This document shows, piece after piece, positions 19,685 through 30,687 of a stretch of 64,000 bases of DNA. The DNA comes from an uncultured Gemmatimonadales bacterium (lineage in GTDB: Bacteria; Gemmatimonadota; Gemmatimonadetes; Gemmatimonadales; GWC2-71-9): NCBI GenBank assembly GCA_963844035.1, contig CAWJMT010000009.1:1-64000 (forward strand). Reading direction: 5' to 3'. The translations under genes were made by a program, and so were the position numbers. The notes beneath the pieces were generated by a model. The model made no database searches and was not told the DNA's origin. It worked only from the letters and a program-made list of their open reading frames with translations. Every line of letters begins with the position of its first letter. The stretch's first letter is position 1.

Positions 19685-20002
19685 ATGAGCGATCTGAACG
19701 CCCGCCGTCCCCGCGCGCCGTTACTGGACGCGCTCGGCAAGATGTGCGTCGAGGGCAAGCAGCTGGCAGAGTACTTGTGGCAGGTGCCGGATGACGCCGG
19801 GGCACGCCAGCAGATCGTCGCGCTGCTCGACAAGATCGCCGCCGAGGGCACAAAGCAGGGCCGGAAGGAAATGCCCCGCATCTGCGAGGAGCTGTCCCTC
19901 GCGGCGAAAGCGACAGCCAGTCCCCAGCAGGTCGATTTGTTGGTGAACGGTTTCGACCGGCTGTACCAGTTGTGGCAGGCCGCCAAGTCCGGCCTCCTTT
20001 GA
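19685..20002 (+). CDS. Hypothetical helical protein
   Basis: Clean 105-aa ORF with good codon pattern, preceded by TATAAT and lying upstream of tkt. Confidence 0.65.
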   Translation: MSDLNARRPRAPLLDALGKMCVEGKQLAEYLWQVPDDAGARQQIVALLDKIAAEGTKQGRKEMPRICEELSLAAKATASPQQVDLLVNGFDRLYQLWQAAKSGLL

Positions 20003-20026
20003 CCCGCTGACCGGAGATCAACAAGA

Positions 20027-22051
20027 ATGACGCAAGGTGTCGCTGCCAAACCCATGAGCCTGGACCTGCTCTGCATCAACACCGTCCGTGCGTTGTCGAT
20101 GGACGCGGTGCAGAAGGCGAACTCGGGCCATCCCGGTACCCCGATGGCGCTGGCCCCGGTCGCCTACGTCCTGTGGCAGCGCCACATGCGCTACAACCCG
20201 GCGAATCCCGCGTGGGCGGGGCGAGACCGGTTCGTGCTGTCCTGCGGTCACGCGTGCATGCTGCAGTATGCCGCGCTCTACCTCACCGGCTACGATCTCT
20301 CGCTCGACGATCTGAAGCAGTTCCGGCAGTGGGGGAGCCACACGCCCGGCCACACGGAGTACGGGCACACCCCCGGGGTCGAGGTCACGACCGGGCCGCT
20401 GGGTCAGGGCATTGCGAATGCCGTAGGGATGGCGCTGGCGGAGGCCCATCTGGCCGCGACGTTCAACCGCCCCGGGCATGCCGCCGTCGACCACTACACG
20501 TACTTCCTGTGCTCCGACGGCGACTTGATGGAAGGTGTGTCGCACGAGGCCTGCTCCTTCGCCGGGCACTTGAAGCTGGGCAAGTTGATCGGGATGTACG
20601 ACGACAATCACATCACGATCGACGGCAAGACGGAAATCACGTTCTCGGACGACACCGCCAAGCGGTTCGAGAGCTATGGGTGGCACGTGCAGCGGGTGGC
20701 CGACGGCAACGATATCGCGGCGATCGATGCGGCCCTCGTGGCGGCGCGCCGCGTGACCGACAAGCCGTCTCTCATCATCCTGCGGACGCACATCGGGTTC
20801 GGGAGCCCCAACAAGCAGGACACCCCGGGCGCCCATGGCGCTCCTCTGGGAGAGGAGGAGGTCAAGCTGACCAAGCAGAACCTCGGCTGGCCAAGCCTCG
20901 AGCCATTCCACGTGCCCGAAGAGGCGCTCGCGCACTGGCGCCAGGCGAAGGCACGCGGCGCGCAGCTCGAAGCCGAGTGGAACAAGAAGGCCGCCGCCTA
21001 TCGTCAGGCCCATCCCGACCTCGCAGCCGAGCTGGAGCGCAGGCTTGCCGGCCGGTTGCCCGACGGCTGGGATGCCGACCTCCCTGTGTTCACGCCCAAG
21101 GATGCGCAGGCGACGCGGGCGGCGTCCGGAAAAGTCCTGGCGGCGATCGCGGCCAAGGTCCCCGAGTTGATCGGCGGATCGGCGGATCTCGCGGAGTCGA
21201 CGAACGTCGTGTTCCACAAGGCGGGCGAGCTCGAGCCCGGGAATCTGGCGGGCCGGAACATGCACTTCGGCATCCGCGAACACGGCATGGGCGCGATCAT
21301 GAACGGCATGGCATTGCACGGAGGCGTCCGACCACTCGGTTCGACGTTCTTCATCTTCTCGGAGTACATGCGGCCCCCGATCCGGCTGGCGGCGTTGTGC
21401 AACCTGCCGGTGATCTACGTGTTCACCCATGACTCGATTGGGCTCGGCGAAGACGGGCCGACACATCAGCCGATCGAGCAGCTCGCCTCGATGCGCGCCA
21501 TCCCGAATCTTCTGGTGCTCCGGCCGGCGGACCCGACCGAAGTGGTCGAAGCGTGGCGGGTGGCCCTCACCCATCGGACTGGGCCGGTCGCTCTGGTGCT
21601 CACGCGCCAGAAGCTGCCTGTGATCGATCGCGCCAAGTATCCGCCCGCGAGCGGGCTGCGGCAGGGCGCATACGTAGTCGCCGATGCCCAGGGAGGCGAT
21701 CCGGCCGTGATCCTGATGGGGTCCGGCTCGGAGGTCGAGCTGGTGATGGGCGCCTACGAGAAGCTCACGGCCGAGGGCATCAAGACACGCGTGGTAAGCG
21801 TGCCGTCAATGGAGCTGTTCGCTCAGCAGCCCCAGAAGTACCGCGACACGGTGCTCCCACCGGCGGTACGGACCCGGGTCGCCGTCGAGGCGGCCATCGC
21901 CCAGCCGTGGTACCGGTGGCTCGGGGATCGCGGTGTAATGTTGGGAATCGAGCGGTTCGGTGCCTCGGCGCCGGCTCCACGGATCTACCAGGAGTTCGGC
22001 CTGACCGTCGATAACGTCGTGAAGAAAACGAAGGAACTGCTGGGGAAGTAG
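20027..22051 (+). CDS. tkt: Transketolase
   Basis: [37 protein letters not shown]. Confidence 0.97.
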   Translation: MTQGVAAKPMSLDLLCINTVRALSMDAVQKANSGHPGTPMALAPVAYVLWQRHMRYNPANPAWAGRDRFVLSCGHACMLQYAALYLTGYDLSLDDLKQFRQWGSHTPGHTEYGHTPGVEVTTGPLGQGIANAVGMALAEAHLAATFNRPGHAAVDHYTYFLCSDGDLMEGVSHEACSFAGHLKLGKLIGMYDDNHITIDGKTEITFSDDTAKRFESYGWHVQRVADGNDIAAIDAALVAARRVTDKPSLIILRTHIGFGSPNKQDTPGAHGAPLGEEEVKLTKQNLGWPSLEPFHVPEEALAHWRQAKARGAQLEAEWNKKAAAYRQAHPDLAAELERRLAGRLPDGWDADLPVFTPKDAQATRAASGKVLAAIAAKVPELIGGSADLAESTNVVFHKAGELEPGNLAGRNMHFGIREHGMGAIMNGMALHGGVRPLGSTFFIFSEYMRPPIRLAALCNLPVIYVFTHDSIGLGEDGPTHQPIEQLASMRAIPNLLVLRPADPTEVVEAWRVALTHRTGPVALVLTRQKLPVIDRAKYPPASGLRQGAYVVADAQGGDPAVILMGSGSEVELVMGAYEKLTAEGIKTRVVSVPSMELFAQQPQKYRDTVLPPAVRTRVAVEAAIAQPWYRWLGDRGVMLGIERFGASAPAPRIYQEFGLTVDNVVKKTKELLGK

Positions 22052-22052
22052 G

Positions 22053-22076
22053 CGGTTAGACGGTTAGACGGTTAGA
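22053..22076. repeat. Tandem octamer (CGGTTAGA)x3
   Basis: Read directly, immediately after the tkt stop codon. Confidence 0.85.
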
Positions 22077-22100
22077 CCGCGGCAAGACGCTAGAGGCACA

Positions 22101-22128
22101 GTAGGGGCACGACATGTCGTGCCCCTAC
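22101..22128. repeat. Perfect 28-bp GTAG-type REP-like palindrome
   Basis: GTAGGGGCACGACA|TGTCGTGCCCCTAC, between convergent tkt and hemY. Confidence 0.7.
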
Positions 22129-22134
22129 GTCGTT

Positions 22135-23209
22135 TCAAGCGTGTTGCATGGCGCCGATCCGTCCCAGCACCGTGCGCGCGGCCTCGCGCCCAGATCGGAC
22201 GCATGCCGATACTCCCGCGCCGTCCACCCCCGCTCCTGCGATTGCGATGGGCGCCAGCGTGGCGAGGGTGCGACGCAAAACGGCAACCTGCTCGGCGTGT
22301 CCAGGTTTGTAGCGCGGGAGTCCCTTCACCCAAGAAAAGACACGAGCCCACAGGGGCTGGCCCGCGACGTTGAGCATCTGCGCGAGCTGCGCGTGAGCTG
22401 CGGCGGCCGGGTCACCCTCGCCCGGCGTGAGGAAGGCCCGCAGGAGCACCGATCCTGCCGGGGCGCGGCCCGGAAATTTTTGCGACGCGTACGTGCACGC
22501 CCGCACGACGCCCCCGGCTTCGGGGCTCGCAACGAATCCCGTTCCCGAGAGCGAACCCGGGACCTGGTCGCGCCGATAGGCCAGCGACACGGTCAGGCTC
22601 GGGTGGTAGACGACGTCCTCCAACACGCGCGCTGATGGAACGCCGATGCCGGTCAGCAGGTGCGCGGCGACCCACGCCGGCGCTGCAAGGATCACCCCGT
22701 CCACGTCGAGGTTCGACCCACCTACCAGCGTGAGGCGATACCGGCTCCGCAGCGGCGCAATGGCTGTAACGCCGGTCGCGAACCGTACCGCGGATCCGAC
22801 TCGAGCCGCGACGGCGTCGATGATGTCCGCCATGCCGCTCGCGAAGCTGCGGAACCCCTTGTGAAGCTCCTCCTGAGCGATTCCCGTGATTCCGAGCACG
22901 ACGGCGGCCTGACCCTCGGCGAGAGGCTCGAGCTGCGTGCCCGGTCCACAGGAACGAGCCTCGCGTCGTCTGGTCGACCAACCGGTCCGCGATTCCGACT
23001 TCGTCGGCAAGCCGCTGCAGCTCGGGCTCGGCGGCGAGGAACCCATCCGGTCCCCCTTCGATCACGAAACCCTCGCGCCGCTCCGTGACGATGACACCGC
23101 CCGCGTGCTGCTCGGTCTCCAGCACCACGGCCTCGGCGCCGCCCTTGGTCAGCTCCCATGCCGCGGCGAGTCCGGTAAGGCCCGCTCCCACGACCGCGAC
23201 GCGTGTCAC
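22135..23209 (-). CDS. hemY: HemY/CgoX-family (copro/proto)porphyrinogen oxidase (frameshifted near 22940-23050)
   Basis: VAVVGAGLTGLAAA FAD motif, IEGGPDGF, SQKFPGRAP, LPRY..GH; adjacent to hemE. Confidence 0.85.
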
Positions 23210-24243
23210 GGCACCGCTGCGCGCTGGTGCACGATTTCCACGACGGCTTGCAGCGCCTCGACCGGCGTCTCGGGGAGCACGCCGTGGCCCAGATTGAAGA
23301 TGTGCCCGGGCCGCCCGCCGGCCTGGGTGAGCACGTTGCGGACCCGGGCCTCGAGGACGGCGCGGGGCGCGAGCAGCAGGGTCGGATCGAGGTTTCCTTG
23401 AATCGCGCGCCCGGGACCGATCCGTTGCCACGCGACATCGAGCGGGATCCGCCAGTCCACGCCAATCACGTCGCCGCCGGCGGCGGCAAAGTCTTCGAGG
23501 AACCCGGCGGTGTCGGTGGCGAAATGGATCACGGGCACACCCCCGGCGCGCGCGAGCTCGAGCGCGCGGCGGCTGTAGGGCTGCACGTGCTCGCGGTAGT
23601 CCTCCGGGGTCAGGCAGCCCACCCAGCTGTCGAACAGCTGCAGCGCGCGCGCGCCGGCGGCCGCCTGCGCGGCCAGGTACCGTCCGACCAGTTCGGCGAA
23701 CCGGCTCATCAGAGCGTGCCAGGCCGCGGTCTCGGTATGCATGAACTGCTTGGTGACCGCGAAGCTCCGGGTGGCACCGCCCTCGATCGCGTAGCTCGCC
23801 AGCGTAAACGGCGCGCCGGCGAAGCCGATGAGCGGAATGCCGGGGGGCAGTGCCCGGACGGCGAGGCGCACTGCCTCGAGCACGTACCCGAGGTCATGCG
23901 CGGGCTCCACCGGCGGCAGGGCGGAGACGTTGGCGGCGCTCCGGATCGGATGTGCGATGCGCGGCCCCTCGCCGGCCTCGAACGACAGACCGAGGCCCAA
24001 CGGCTCGAACGGCAGCAGGATGTCGGCGAAGAGGATCGCGGCATCAACGCCCAGCCGCGCGATGGGCTGCAGCGTCACCTCAGCGGCAAGCTCGGGGTGG
24101 TGGCACAGCTCGAGGATGGTGTGTTTCTGCCGCAGGGCGCGGTACTCGGACATGTAGCGGCCCGCCTGCCGCATGAACCAGACGGGTGTTACGTCGGTCC
24201 GTTCCCGGCGGCACGCCTGCAGGAAACGGCTGTCAGCCGGCAA
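23206..24243 (-). CDS. hemE: Uroporphyrinogen decarboxylase
   Basis: PVWFMRQAGRY, IGFAGAPFTLASY, QGNLDP, FNLGHG. Confidence 0.97.
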   Translation of the reverse strand: MPADSRFLQACRRERTDVTPVWFMRQAGRYMSEYRALRQKHTILELCHHPELAAEVTLQPIARLGVDAAILFADILLPFEPLGLGLSFEAGEGPRIAHPIRSAANVSALPPVEPAHDLGYVLEAVRLAVRALPPGIPLIGFAGAPFTLASYAIEGGATRSFAVTKQFMHTETAAWHALMSRFAELVGRYLAAQAAAGARALQLFDSWVGCLTPEDYREHVQPYSRRALELARAGGVPVIHFATDTAGFLEDFAAAGGDVIGVDWRIPLDVAWQRIGPGRAIQGNLDPTLLLAPRAVLEARVRNVLTQAGGRPGHIFNLGHGVLPETPVEALQAVVEIVHQRAAVP

Positions 24244-25309
24244 CCGTCGGCTCGCGTGCCTCGGCGGAAGCGATGAGGATGGTGTCCCCTTCGAGCTTCA
24301 CCCGATAGGTGACGACCGGCAGCGCGGGCGGTCCGTCCAGCACCTGCCCGGACTCGAGCGAGAACACCCCTGCGTGCCAGGGGCACGTGACCGCGCAGCG
24401 CGCGGGGTCGACGGTGCCCTCGCTCAGGGACGCGCGTGCATGCGAGCAGCGGTTGGCGATCGCGTAGACCGTTCCGTTGACGTTGAACAAGGCGACGGCT
24501 TCGCTCGAGGCATACACCCGCTTGGAGGCGCCCGGGGGGAGATCCGCGAGCGTGGCAACGGGCGTGTAGCCGTCGGCGCGCGCCGCGCGCCGCGAGACGG
24601 CCTGCGTCGACCCCGCGCCGCCGAGCGTGTCCAGCATGTCCCACAGCGACATCTGGACGCAGGTGAACGTCGGCGTGTCCTTGGACGTGTACGAGGAGGC
24701 CTTGCTCTCGCGCAGCTCCATGACCAGGTCGAGGAACTCGCCGGGTTTGTCGCCTTCGAAGGCGACGATGAACTCCTGGTCGTCGAGCCCGTAGGAGTAG
24801 GTGGTGTTGAGCCGGATGGTCGGATACTTGCGTCCGATCCGCACGTGTTCGTCCATCATCACCTGTCGCTCCGGCTTGGGGAGCAGGTACCAGGCGCGCG
24901 ACTTGATGAACGGGTAGACGAACAGGTAGCGGGCGTCGCTCGGCTTGATCACGAGACGGGACGCGTGGTTCGGATCGTCGGGGAACTCGTAGATCGACCG
25001 CCGCGTCATCGCGAGGTAGCTGAACGGCACCGAGAGGTACGCCCCGAAATCGGTCCGGTTGAGCGCAGTCTGCAGAGCGACGAGGGAGTCGAGATCTTCC
25101 GCGACCTGCCAGAGGAGGAAGTCGCAGTCCCCGCGGATGCCGACCAACCCGTACGGGCGGAGCAGCAGGTGTCCGTTGAAACCTTCGATCGTCTCGCCGA
25201 ACTCTATTTGCGAGCTCGCCTGCCGCTCGGCGGAGAGACGACGCCAGGCGGGGTCGAGTTTGTAGAAGGCGAAACGGACGACTTGGCGTCGTTCAATAGG
25301 CTGGGTCAT
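24233..25309 (-). CDS. hemQ: Chlorite dismutase/coproheme decarboxylase (ChdC/HemQ) family protein fused to a C-terminal Rieske ferredoxin
   Basis: FVYPFIKSRAWYLL..ERQ.MMDEH...YSYGLDDQEF; C-terminal NRCSH...CPWH Rieske motifs in the same frame. Confidence 0.8.
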   Translation of the reverse strand: MTQPIERRQVVRFAFYKLDPAWRRLSAERQASSQIEFGETIEGFNGHLLLRPYGLVGIRGDCDFLLWQVAEDLDSLVALQTALNRTDFGAYLSVPFSYLAMTRRSIYEFPDDPNHASRLVIKPSDARYLFVYPFIKSRAWYLLPKPERQVMMDEHVRIGRKYPTIRLNTTYSYGLDDQEFIVAFEGDKPGEFLDLVMELRESKASSYTSKDTPTFTCVQMSLWDMLDTLGGAGSTQAVSRRAARADGYTPVATLADLPPGASKRVYASSEAVALFNVNGTVYAIANRCSHARASLSEGTVDPARCAVTCPWHAGVFSLESGQVLDGPPALPVVTYRVKLEGDTILIASAEAREPTVAG

Positions 25310-25380
25310 GGTCTAGGTTCCAATCTAACCTGGAAAAGCGGCGGTTCAGAGCCCCGCAGGTCCGGAGACAGTGCGCGTCA

Positions 25381-25569
25381 TCATCGACCGAGGAACCGCT
25401 TGAGGTGACGTAAGTAGTACGTAAGCCCAATAGCCGCTGCTGCGAAGGCCACCGTCGCGGCCAGCGTGCCGATATTGCGGGACTGGCGGAAATCCCAACC
25501 GCACCAGACGGCGAATCCCGCACAGAAGAAGATAGCTGTAGTGATGAGCAGGCGATGAAACGGGATCAT
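25381..25569 (-). CDS. Small two-TM membrane protein
   Basis: 62 aa, MIPFHRLLITTAIFFC..., in operon after ctaB. Confidence 0.6.
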   Translation of the reverse strand: MIPFHRLLITTAIFFCAGFAVWCGWDFRQSRNIGTLAATVAFAAAAIGLTYYLRHLKRFLGR

Positions 25570-25576
25570 CCCCGCC

Positions 25577-26428
25577 TCAGGCCACCATCTTGTCGACCAC
25601 CATCAGGGTCAGCAACGCCGGCAGGTACACGACCGACACCAGGAACACGCGCCACGCCCGTGCGGTGGTGACCGCCCGCGTCATCGCGGCCGCCGCCACG
25701 GTGTAGGCGACACCGAGCACGAGGGCACCGAAGAAGTACCACGCGCCGGTTACGCCGAGGACAGTCGGGAGCAGGCTGACCGGAACCAGGGCGAGGGCAT
25801 ACAGCAGCGCCATCGAGCCGGTTTGCCGTCCGTCCGGGTCCTGGACGGCGAGCATCGCGAAGCCGCCGCGGCGGTAGTCCTCGCGGTAGATCCACGCCAG
25901 GGCAAGGAAGTGCGGCAGCTGCCAGAGGAACAGGATCCAGAACAGCGCGAGCACCGCGGGGCCGAGCGCGCCTCCTGCGGCCGTCCATCCCCCGACGATC
26001 GGGAGCGCTCCCGGGACCGCTCCAATCAGCGTGTTGAGCGACGTGGTGCGCTTGAGGGGCGTGTACAGCAGGACGTAGCTCGCGAGCGTGAGCGCCGCGA
26101 GCCCGGCGGTCAGGAAGTTGACCGCCACCGCGAGGTAGACGACGCCGGCGAACGAGATGACGCCGGCGAACACGCCGGCCGCACGTGGGCTCACCCGCCC
26201 CGACGGCAACGGCCGGCCGCGCGTGCGATGCATGCGCGCGTCCAGGTCCCGCTCGCGGAGCTGGTTGAACGCATTGGTCCCCGCCGCGACGAGCGCGGTG
26301 CCCAACAGTGTATGGACCAACAAGCCCAAGTCCACCGCGCCGCCGGCTCCGAGATAGAAGCCTGCGGCGGCGGTGAGGAGCACCAACTGGGTGATGCGCG
26401 GCTTGGTCAGCTCAAGAAAGGCTACCAA
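25577..26428 (-). CDS. ctaB: Heme o synthase (protoheme IX farnesyltransferase)
   Basis: LTKPRI, ERDLDARMHRTRGRPLPSG, YTPLKR, FLWQLPHF. Confidence 0.95.
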   Translation of the reverse strand: MVAFLELTKPRITQLVLLTAAAGFYLGAGGAVDLGLLVHTLLGTALVAAGTNAFNQLRERDLDARMHRTRGRPLPSGRVSPRAAGVFAGVISFAGVVYLAVAVNFLTAGLAALTLASYVLLYTPLKRTTSLNTLIGAVPGALPIVGGWTAAGGALGPAVLALFWILFLWQLPHFLALAWIYREDYRRGGFAMLAVQDPDGRQTGSMALLYALALVPVSLLPTVLGVTGAWYFFGALVLGVAYTVAAAAMTRAVTTARAWRVFLVSVVYLPALLTLMVVDKMVA

Positions 26429-26697
26429 ATACTCTCCGACATCCCTGCAAAGAGCAGGATCAGGGCCAGCGGGATCGGGATGATCGCCAGCATCCGCAGG
26501 TTCCATTTCTCGAACTTCAGGTGCATGAAGTACAACCCCACCAGCAGCGCTTTCCAGACCGCCAGGAAGAGGAGGAGCGCAAGCTTCACGTTCGCCGTGA
26601 TCGGCAACTCGAAGGCGAGCCCCAGCTCGGCGGCCGTGAGGACCGCAAGGTAGATCCAGATGAGGATGTAGTTGGGACGCTTGTGCGCAGTCTCCAT
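26422..26697 (-). CDS. ctaF: Cytochrome c oxidase subunit IV
   Basis: LAVLTAAE..KALLVGLYFMHLKFE. Confidence 0.88.
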   Translation of the reverse strand: METAHKRPNYILIWIYLAVLTAAELGLAFELPITANVKLALLLFLAVWKALLVGLYFMHLKFEKWNLRMLAIIPIPLALILLFAGMSESIW

Positions 26698-26704
26698 GTG
26701 GTCC

Positions 26705-27376
<672 letters not shown>

Positions 27377-27396
27377 CGGATCGGTCCCTTTCGGCG

Positions 27397-29163
27397 TCAG
27401 TGGCCAGCGGCCGGCGTCAACACCGGATCGCGGTCAGTGGGCAACTTGAGATTCTGTGGCAGATAGTCCTTGCTCGCCCCGGGCGCGCTGAACTCGTACG
27501 GACCACGGTACACCGTGGGCAGCGTCTCCCAGTTTCCGTGCGGCGCAGGGGACGGGCAGGACCACTCGAGCCCGTTGTCCTCCCACGGATTCTCCGACGC
27601 CTTCTTCCCCTTGAACAGGCTATACCAGAAGTTCACGAAGAAGATGATCTGCGAACCGTACAGCAGGAACGCGTTGATCGAGATGAACTCGTTCATCGGC
27701 TGCCACGGCTTCAAGAAGTCGTAGATCGTCGGGTCGTACAGCCGGCGCATGTGCCCCGCCATGCCGATGATATGCATGGGGAAGAAACAGCCGTTGTAGA
27801 AGATGAACGTGAGCCAGAAGTGGACCTTGCCCCACCCCTCGTTCATCATGCGGCCGAACATCTTGGGGAACCAGAACACGATGCCGCCGAAGATGGCGAA
27901 CAGGCTGCCGCCGAACAGCACGTAGTGGATGTGGGCCACGATGAAGTACGTGTCGTGGATGAACATGTCCACCGGCGTGGCAGCCATGAAGATTCCCGAC
28001 AGGCCGCCGATCGTGAACATCGCGACGAACGCGATGCCGTGCAGCATCGGCACGTGGAACCGCAGGTTCCCTCGCCACATCGTCCCCATCCAGTTGAACA
28101 CCTTGATGGCCGAGGGCACGGCGATCAGCAGGGTCGACACCATGAAGGACGACCCCAGCGTCGGGTTCATCCCGCTGACGAACATGTGGTGGCCCCAGAC
28201 GATCCAGCCGAGGAAGGCGATCCCGGCGATCGCGAACACCATCGAGTGGTATCCGAAGATCGGCTTGCGGCTGCCGTTGGCGACGAGCTCCGACACAATG
28301 CCCATCGCGGGCAGAATCAGGATGTAGACCTCGGGATGCCCGAAGAACCAGAACAGGTGCTGCCACAGGATCGGCTGGCCGCCGGCGGCCGGATCGAAGA
28401 AGTGGGTGCCGAGGATCTGCTCGAACAGCAGCATGATCGCCGCGCCCGCCAGGACCGGGACCGCGAGCAGGCCGAGGATGGCCGTGATGAACAGCGCCCA
28501 CACCGACAGCGGCATCCGGAACCAGGTCATGCCGGCGGTGCGGTTGTTGATCACCGTCGTGATGTAGTTGAGCGATCCGAGAATCGACGACAGACCGAAC
28601 AGGATGATCGAGATCGACCACATCTCCTGTCCAAAGGACGCTCCCGAGTAGTCATGCCGCGCCGAGAGGGGCGCGTACATCGTCCATCCGGCACGGGACG
28701 AGCCGTCCTCCACGAACAGGCTCGCGAGCATCACGGCACCCGACGCAAACGCCGACCAGAAGGAGGCCATGTTGATACGCGGGAACGCCATGTCGTGCGC
28801 GCCGATTTTCAGCGGAATCAGGAAGTTCGCGTACACGCCGACGAGCAGCAGCATGATCGCGAAGAACACCATGAACGTCCCGTGCATGGTGACGAGCTGC
28901 AGGTAGTACTCCGGCAGGAGTACCCCGCCGGGGGCCATGGTCTCGGGGAGCAGGCTGCCACCCGGCATCGGCTTGCCCGGGTACGCCAGCTGCCAGCGGA
29001 TCTGCATGGCGAGCAATCCGCCGATGGCCAGGAAGAACAGAGTCAGGAACAGGAACTGAATCCCGATGACCTTGTGGTCGGTCGAGAAGATGTACTTCTG
29101 GATAAAGCTCCTGTCGTCGTGATGCGCGTGAGTAGCGTGCGCTGTTGCGGCGACGGTCGTCAT
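27397..29163 (-). CDS. ctaD: Cytochrome c oxidase subunit I, A-family (A1-type)
   Basis: STDHK, TMHG, WFFGHPEVYI, VWGHHM, HDTYFIVAHIHY. Confidence 0.97.
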   Translation of the reverse strand: MTTVAATAHATHAHHDDRSFIQKYIFSTDHKVIGIQFLFLTLFFLAIGGLLAMQIRWQLAYPGKPMPGGSLLPETMAPGGVLLPEYYLQLVTMHGTFMVFFAIMLLLVGVYANFLIPLKIGAHDMAFPRINMASFWSAFASGAVMLASLFVEDGSSRAGWTMYAPLSARHDYSGASFGQEMWSISIILFGLSSILGSLNYITTVINNRTAGMTWFRMPLSVWALFITAILGLLAVPVLAGAAIMLLFEQILGTHFFDPAAGGQPILWQHLFWFFGHPEVYILILPAMGIVSELVANGSRKPIFGYHSMVFAIAGIAFLGWIVWGHHMFVSGMNPTLGSSFMVSTLLIAVPSAIKVFNWMGTMWRGNLRFHVPMLHGIAFVAMFTIGGLSGIFMAATPVDMFIHDTYFIVAHIHYVLFGGSLFAIFGGIVFWFPKMFGRMMNEGWGKVHFWLTFIFYNGCFFPMHIIGMAGHMRRLYDPTIYDFLKPWQPMNEFISINAFLLYGSQIIFFVNFWYSLFKGKKASENPWEDNGLEWSCPSPAPHGNWETLPTVYRGPYEFSAPGASKDYLPQNLKLPTDRDPVLTPAAGH

Positions 29164-29909
29164 GACGTGGGTTCTCCTTGTGCCTTCGCGGTACGCTCCT
29201 GCAGCCAGGCGTCGTAATCGGCCTGCGTGTGAACGGTGACCACCGCCCGCATCTTATAGTGACCGAGCCCGCACAGCTGCGAGCAGCCGACCTCATAAGT
29301 CCCGGGAACCGTCGCCTCGAACCACGACTTGATCTCCATGCCCGGCACGACGTCTTGCCGCACGCGGAACTCAGGCACGTAGAACGAATGAATGACGTCC
29401 TCCGCTGTCATGATCGCGACGACGGGGCGGTTGACCGGCACGTGCAGCTGGTTGCGGACGACGATGTCGTCCGTGCCCGCGGGGTCGGCGGGATCGCGAC
29501 CCGTGGGGTTCGAAGTCTTGTCGACGAGCGACGGGGACACGCGGCCGAGCTTGCCGTCGGCACCGGGATACGTGAACCACCACTCGAACTGTTTCGCGTA
29601 GACCCCGATCGGGTACGCGTTCGCCGGCACGCTGTTGCGGCCCTTGATCTTGACCCAGAGGCCGTTACTCATGAGGCCCAGGATGACCATCGTGACCGCC
29701 GGGATGGCGGTCCAGATAACCTCGGCGGTCGTACTGCCGTGGGTATAAAAGGCCTTCCGCCCCGGGCGTTCCCGGTACGCGAAGAGGAACCAGATCAGCC
29801 CCACCTCGACGAGCACGAACGTGATCCCGGTGATGATCAGGATCCACGTAAACATGGTGTCGATCGGTTGGGCGAAGGTCGAGCCTTGGGGCGGAAGCCA
29901 CCAGTGCAT
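29160..29909 (-). CDS. ctaC: Cytochrome c oxidase subunit II (CuA, no fused cytochrome c)
   Basis: EVIWT, DVIHSF, CSQLCGLGHYKM. Confidence 0.95.
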   Translation of the reverse strand: MHWWLPPQGSTFAQPIDTMFTWILIITGITFVLVEVGLIWFLFAYRERPGRKAFYTHGSTTAEVIWTAIPAVTMVILGLMSNGLWVKIKGRNSVPANAYPIGVYAKQFEWWFTYPGADGKLGRVSPSLVDKTSNPTGRDPADPAGTDDIVVRNQLHVPVNRPVVAIMTAEDVIHSFYVPEFRVRQDVVPGMEIKSWFEATVPGTYEVGCSQLCGLGHYKMRAVVTVHTQADYDAWLQERTAKAQGEPTS

Positions 29910-29919
29910 GAGCGTCTCC

Positions 29920-30652
29920 CTATTTCGCCGTGAACGTGAAGTCTGCGGTCTTCGTATCGCTGCCGGTCACCGTCACCGTCGCCGTCTGCACGCCGTACTT
30001 CTCATGCCACGCTTCGAGCGTGTACGTCCCCGCCGGCAAGCCGGTGATGCTGAACGTGCCCTCGGCGCCCGTGGATGCGAAGAAGGGGTGGGGCAATACG
30101 CCGATATAGGCGTGCATCCATCCATGCACGTTGCACTCAACCGGGATCGGCACTTCCACCGCGGTGAACGTCCGAGTCGTTTTCATCCCGGCGGTGGGCT
30201 GGCTGATGTTGAACGGGCGATTCTTCTTGCCCAGCGCCTTGATGTTGTGCAGTAGCGGGTCGCTGTTCTTGATGTCGAGATTCTGGCCGACCTGGATGCC
30301 GAGGGTGCGCGGATGGTAGGTGCAGCCGTTCTGGTCGATCTCGACGGGGGTGGTGGGCGCCGGGTACTTCGCATCGGCAGCAAGGCCCGTCTTCACATAG
30401 ACGAACACGTTGCCCAACGTCCCGTTCTTGTTCGCCATGACGACCTGTTCCGTCGGCGTCGTCGTGTACTTCGCCTTGCACTTGGGCTCTTCGCTCATGT
30501 CGATCGCCGGATTGGCAGGCGCTTTGCCGACAAATTTCACCTTCCCGGTGACCGTGGACCCGGCGAGTGCCGCGCCGCCCCGGTTGCTGAATCCGAAGCG
30601 CCAGGGCCAGGAGACCCGCTCCGACCACCGCGACTGAACTGAGTCTGCGCAT
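29920..30652 (-). CDS. Exported cupredoxin-like / carboxypeptidase-regulatory-like domain protein (N-terminal frameshift)
   Basis: DQNGC.Y.P, NSDPLLHNI, CNVHGWM and GTYTLEAWHE motifs; signal peptide MRRLSSVAVVGAGLL. Confidence 0.75.
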
Positions 30653-30687
30653 CGTCCCTCCTCTAGGGTTCTTCGCGAATTCCACGC

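Noticed and set aside
24233..25309. True chlorite dismutase (perchlorate respiration)
   Set aside because: No signal peptide, the distal Arg appears to be absent, and the gene sits with hemE/hemY.
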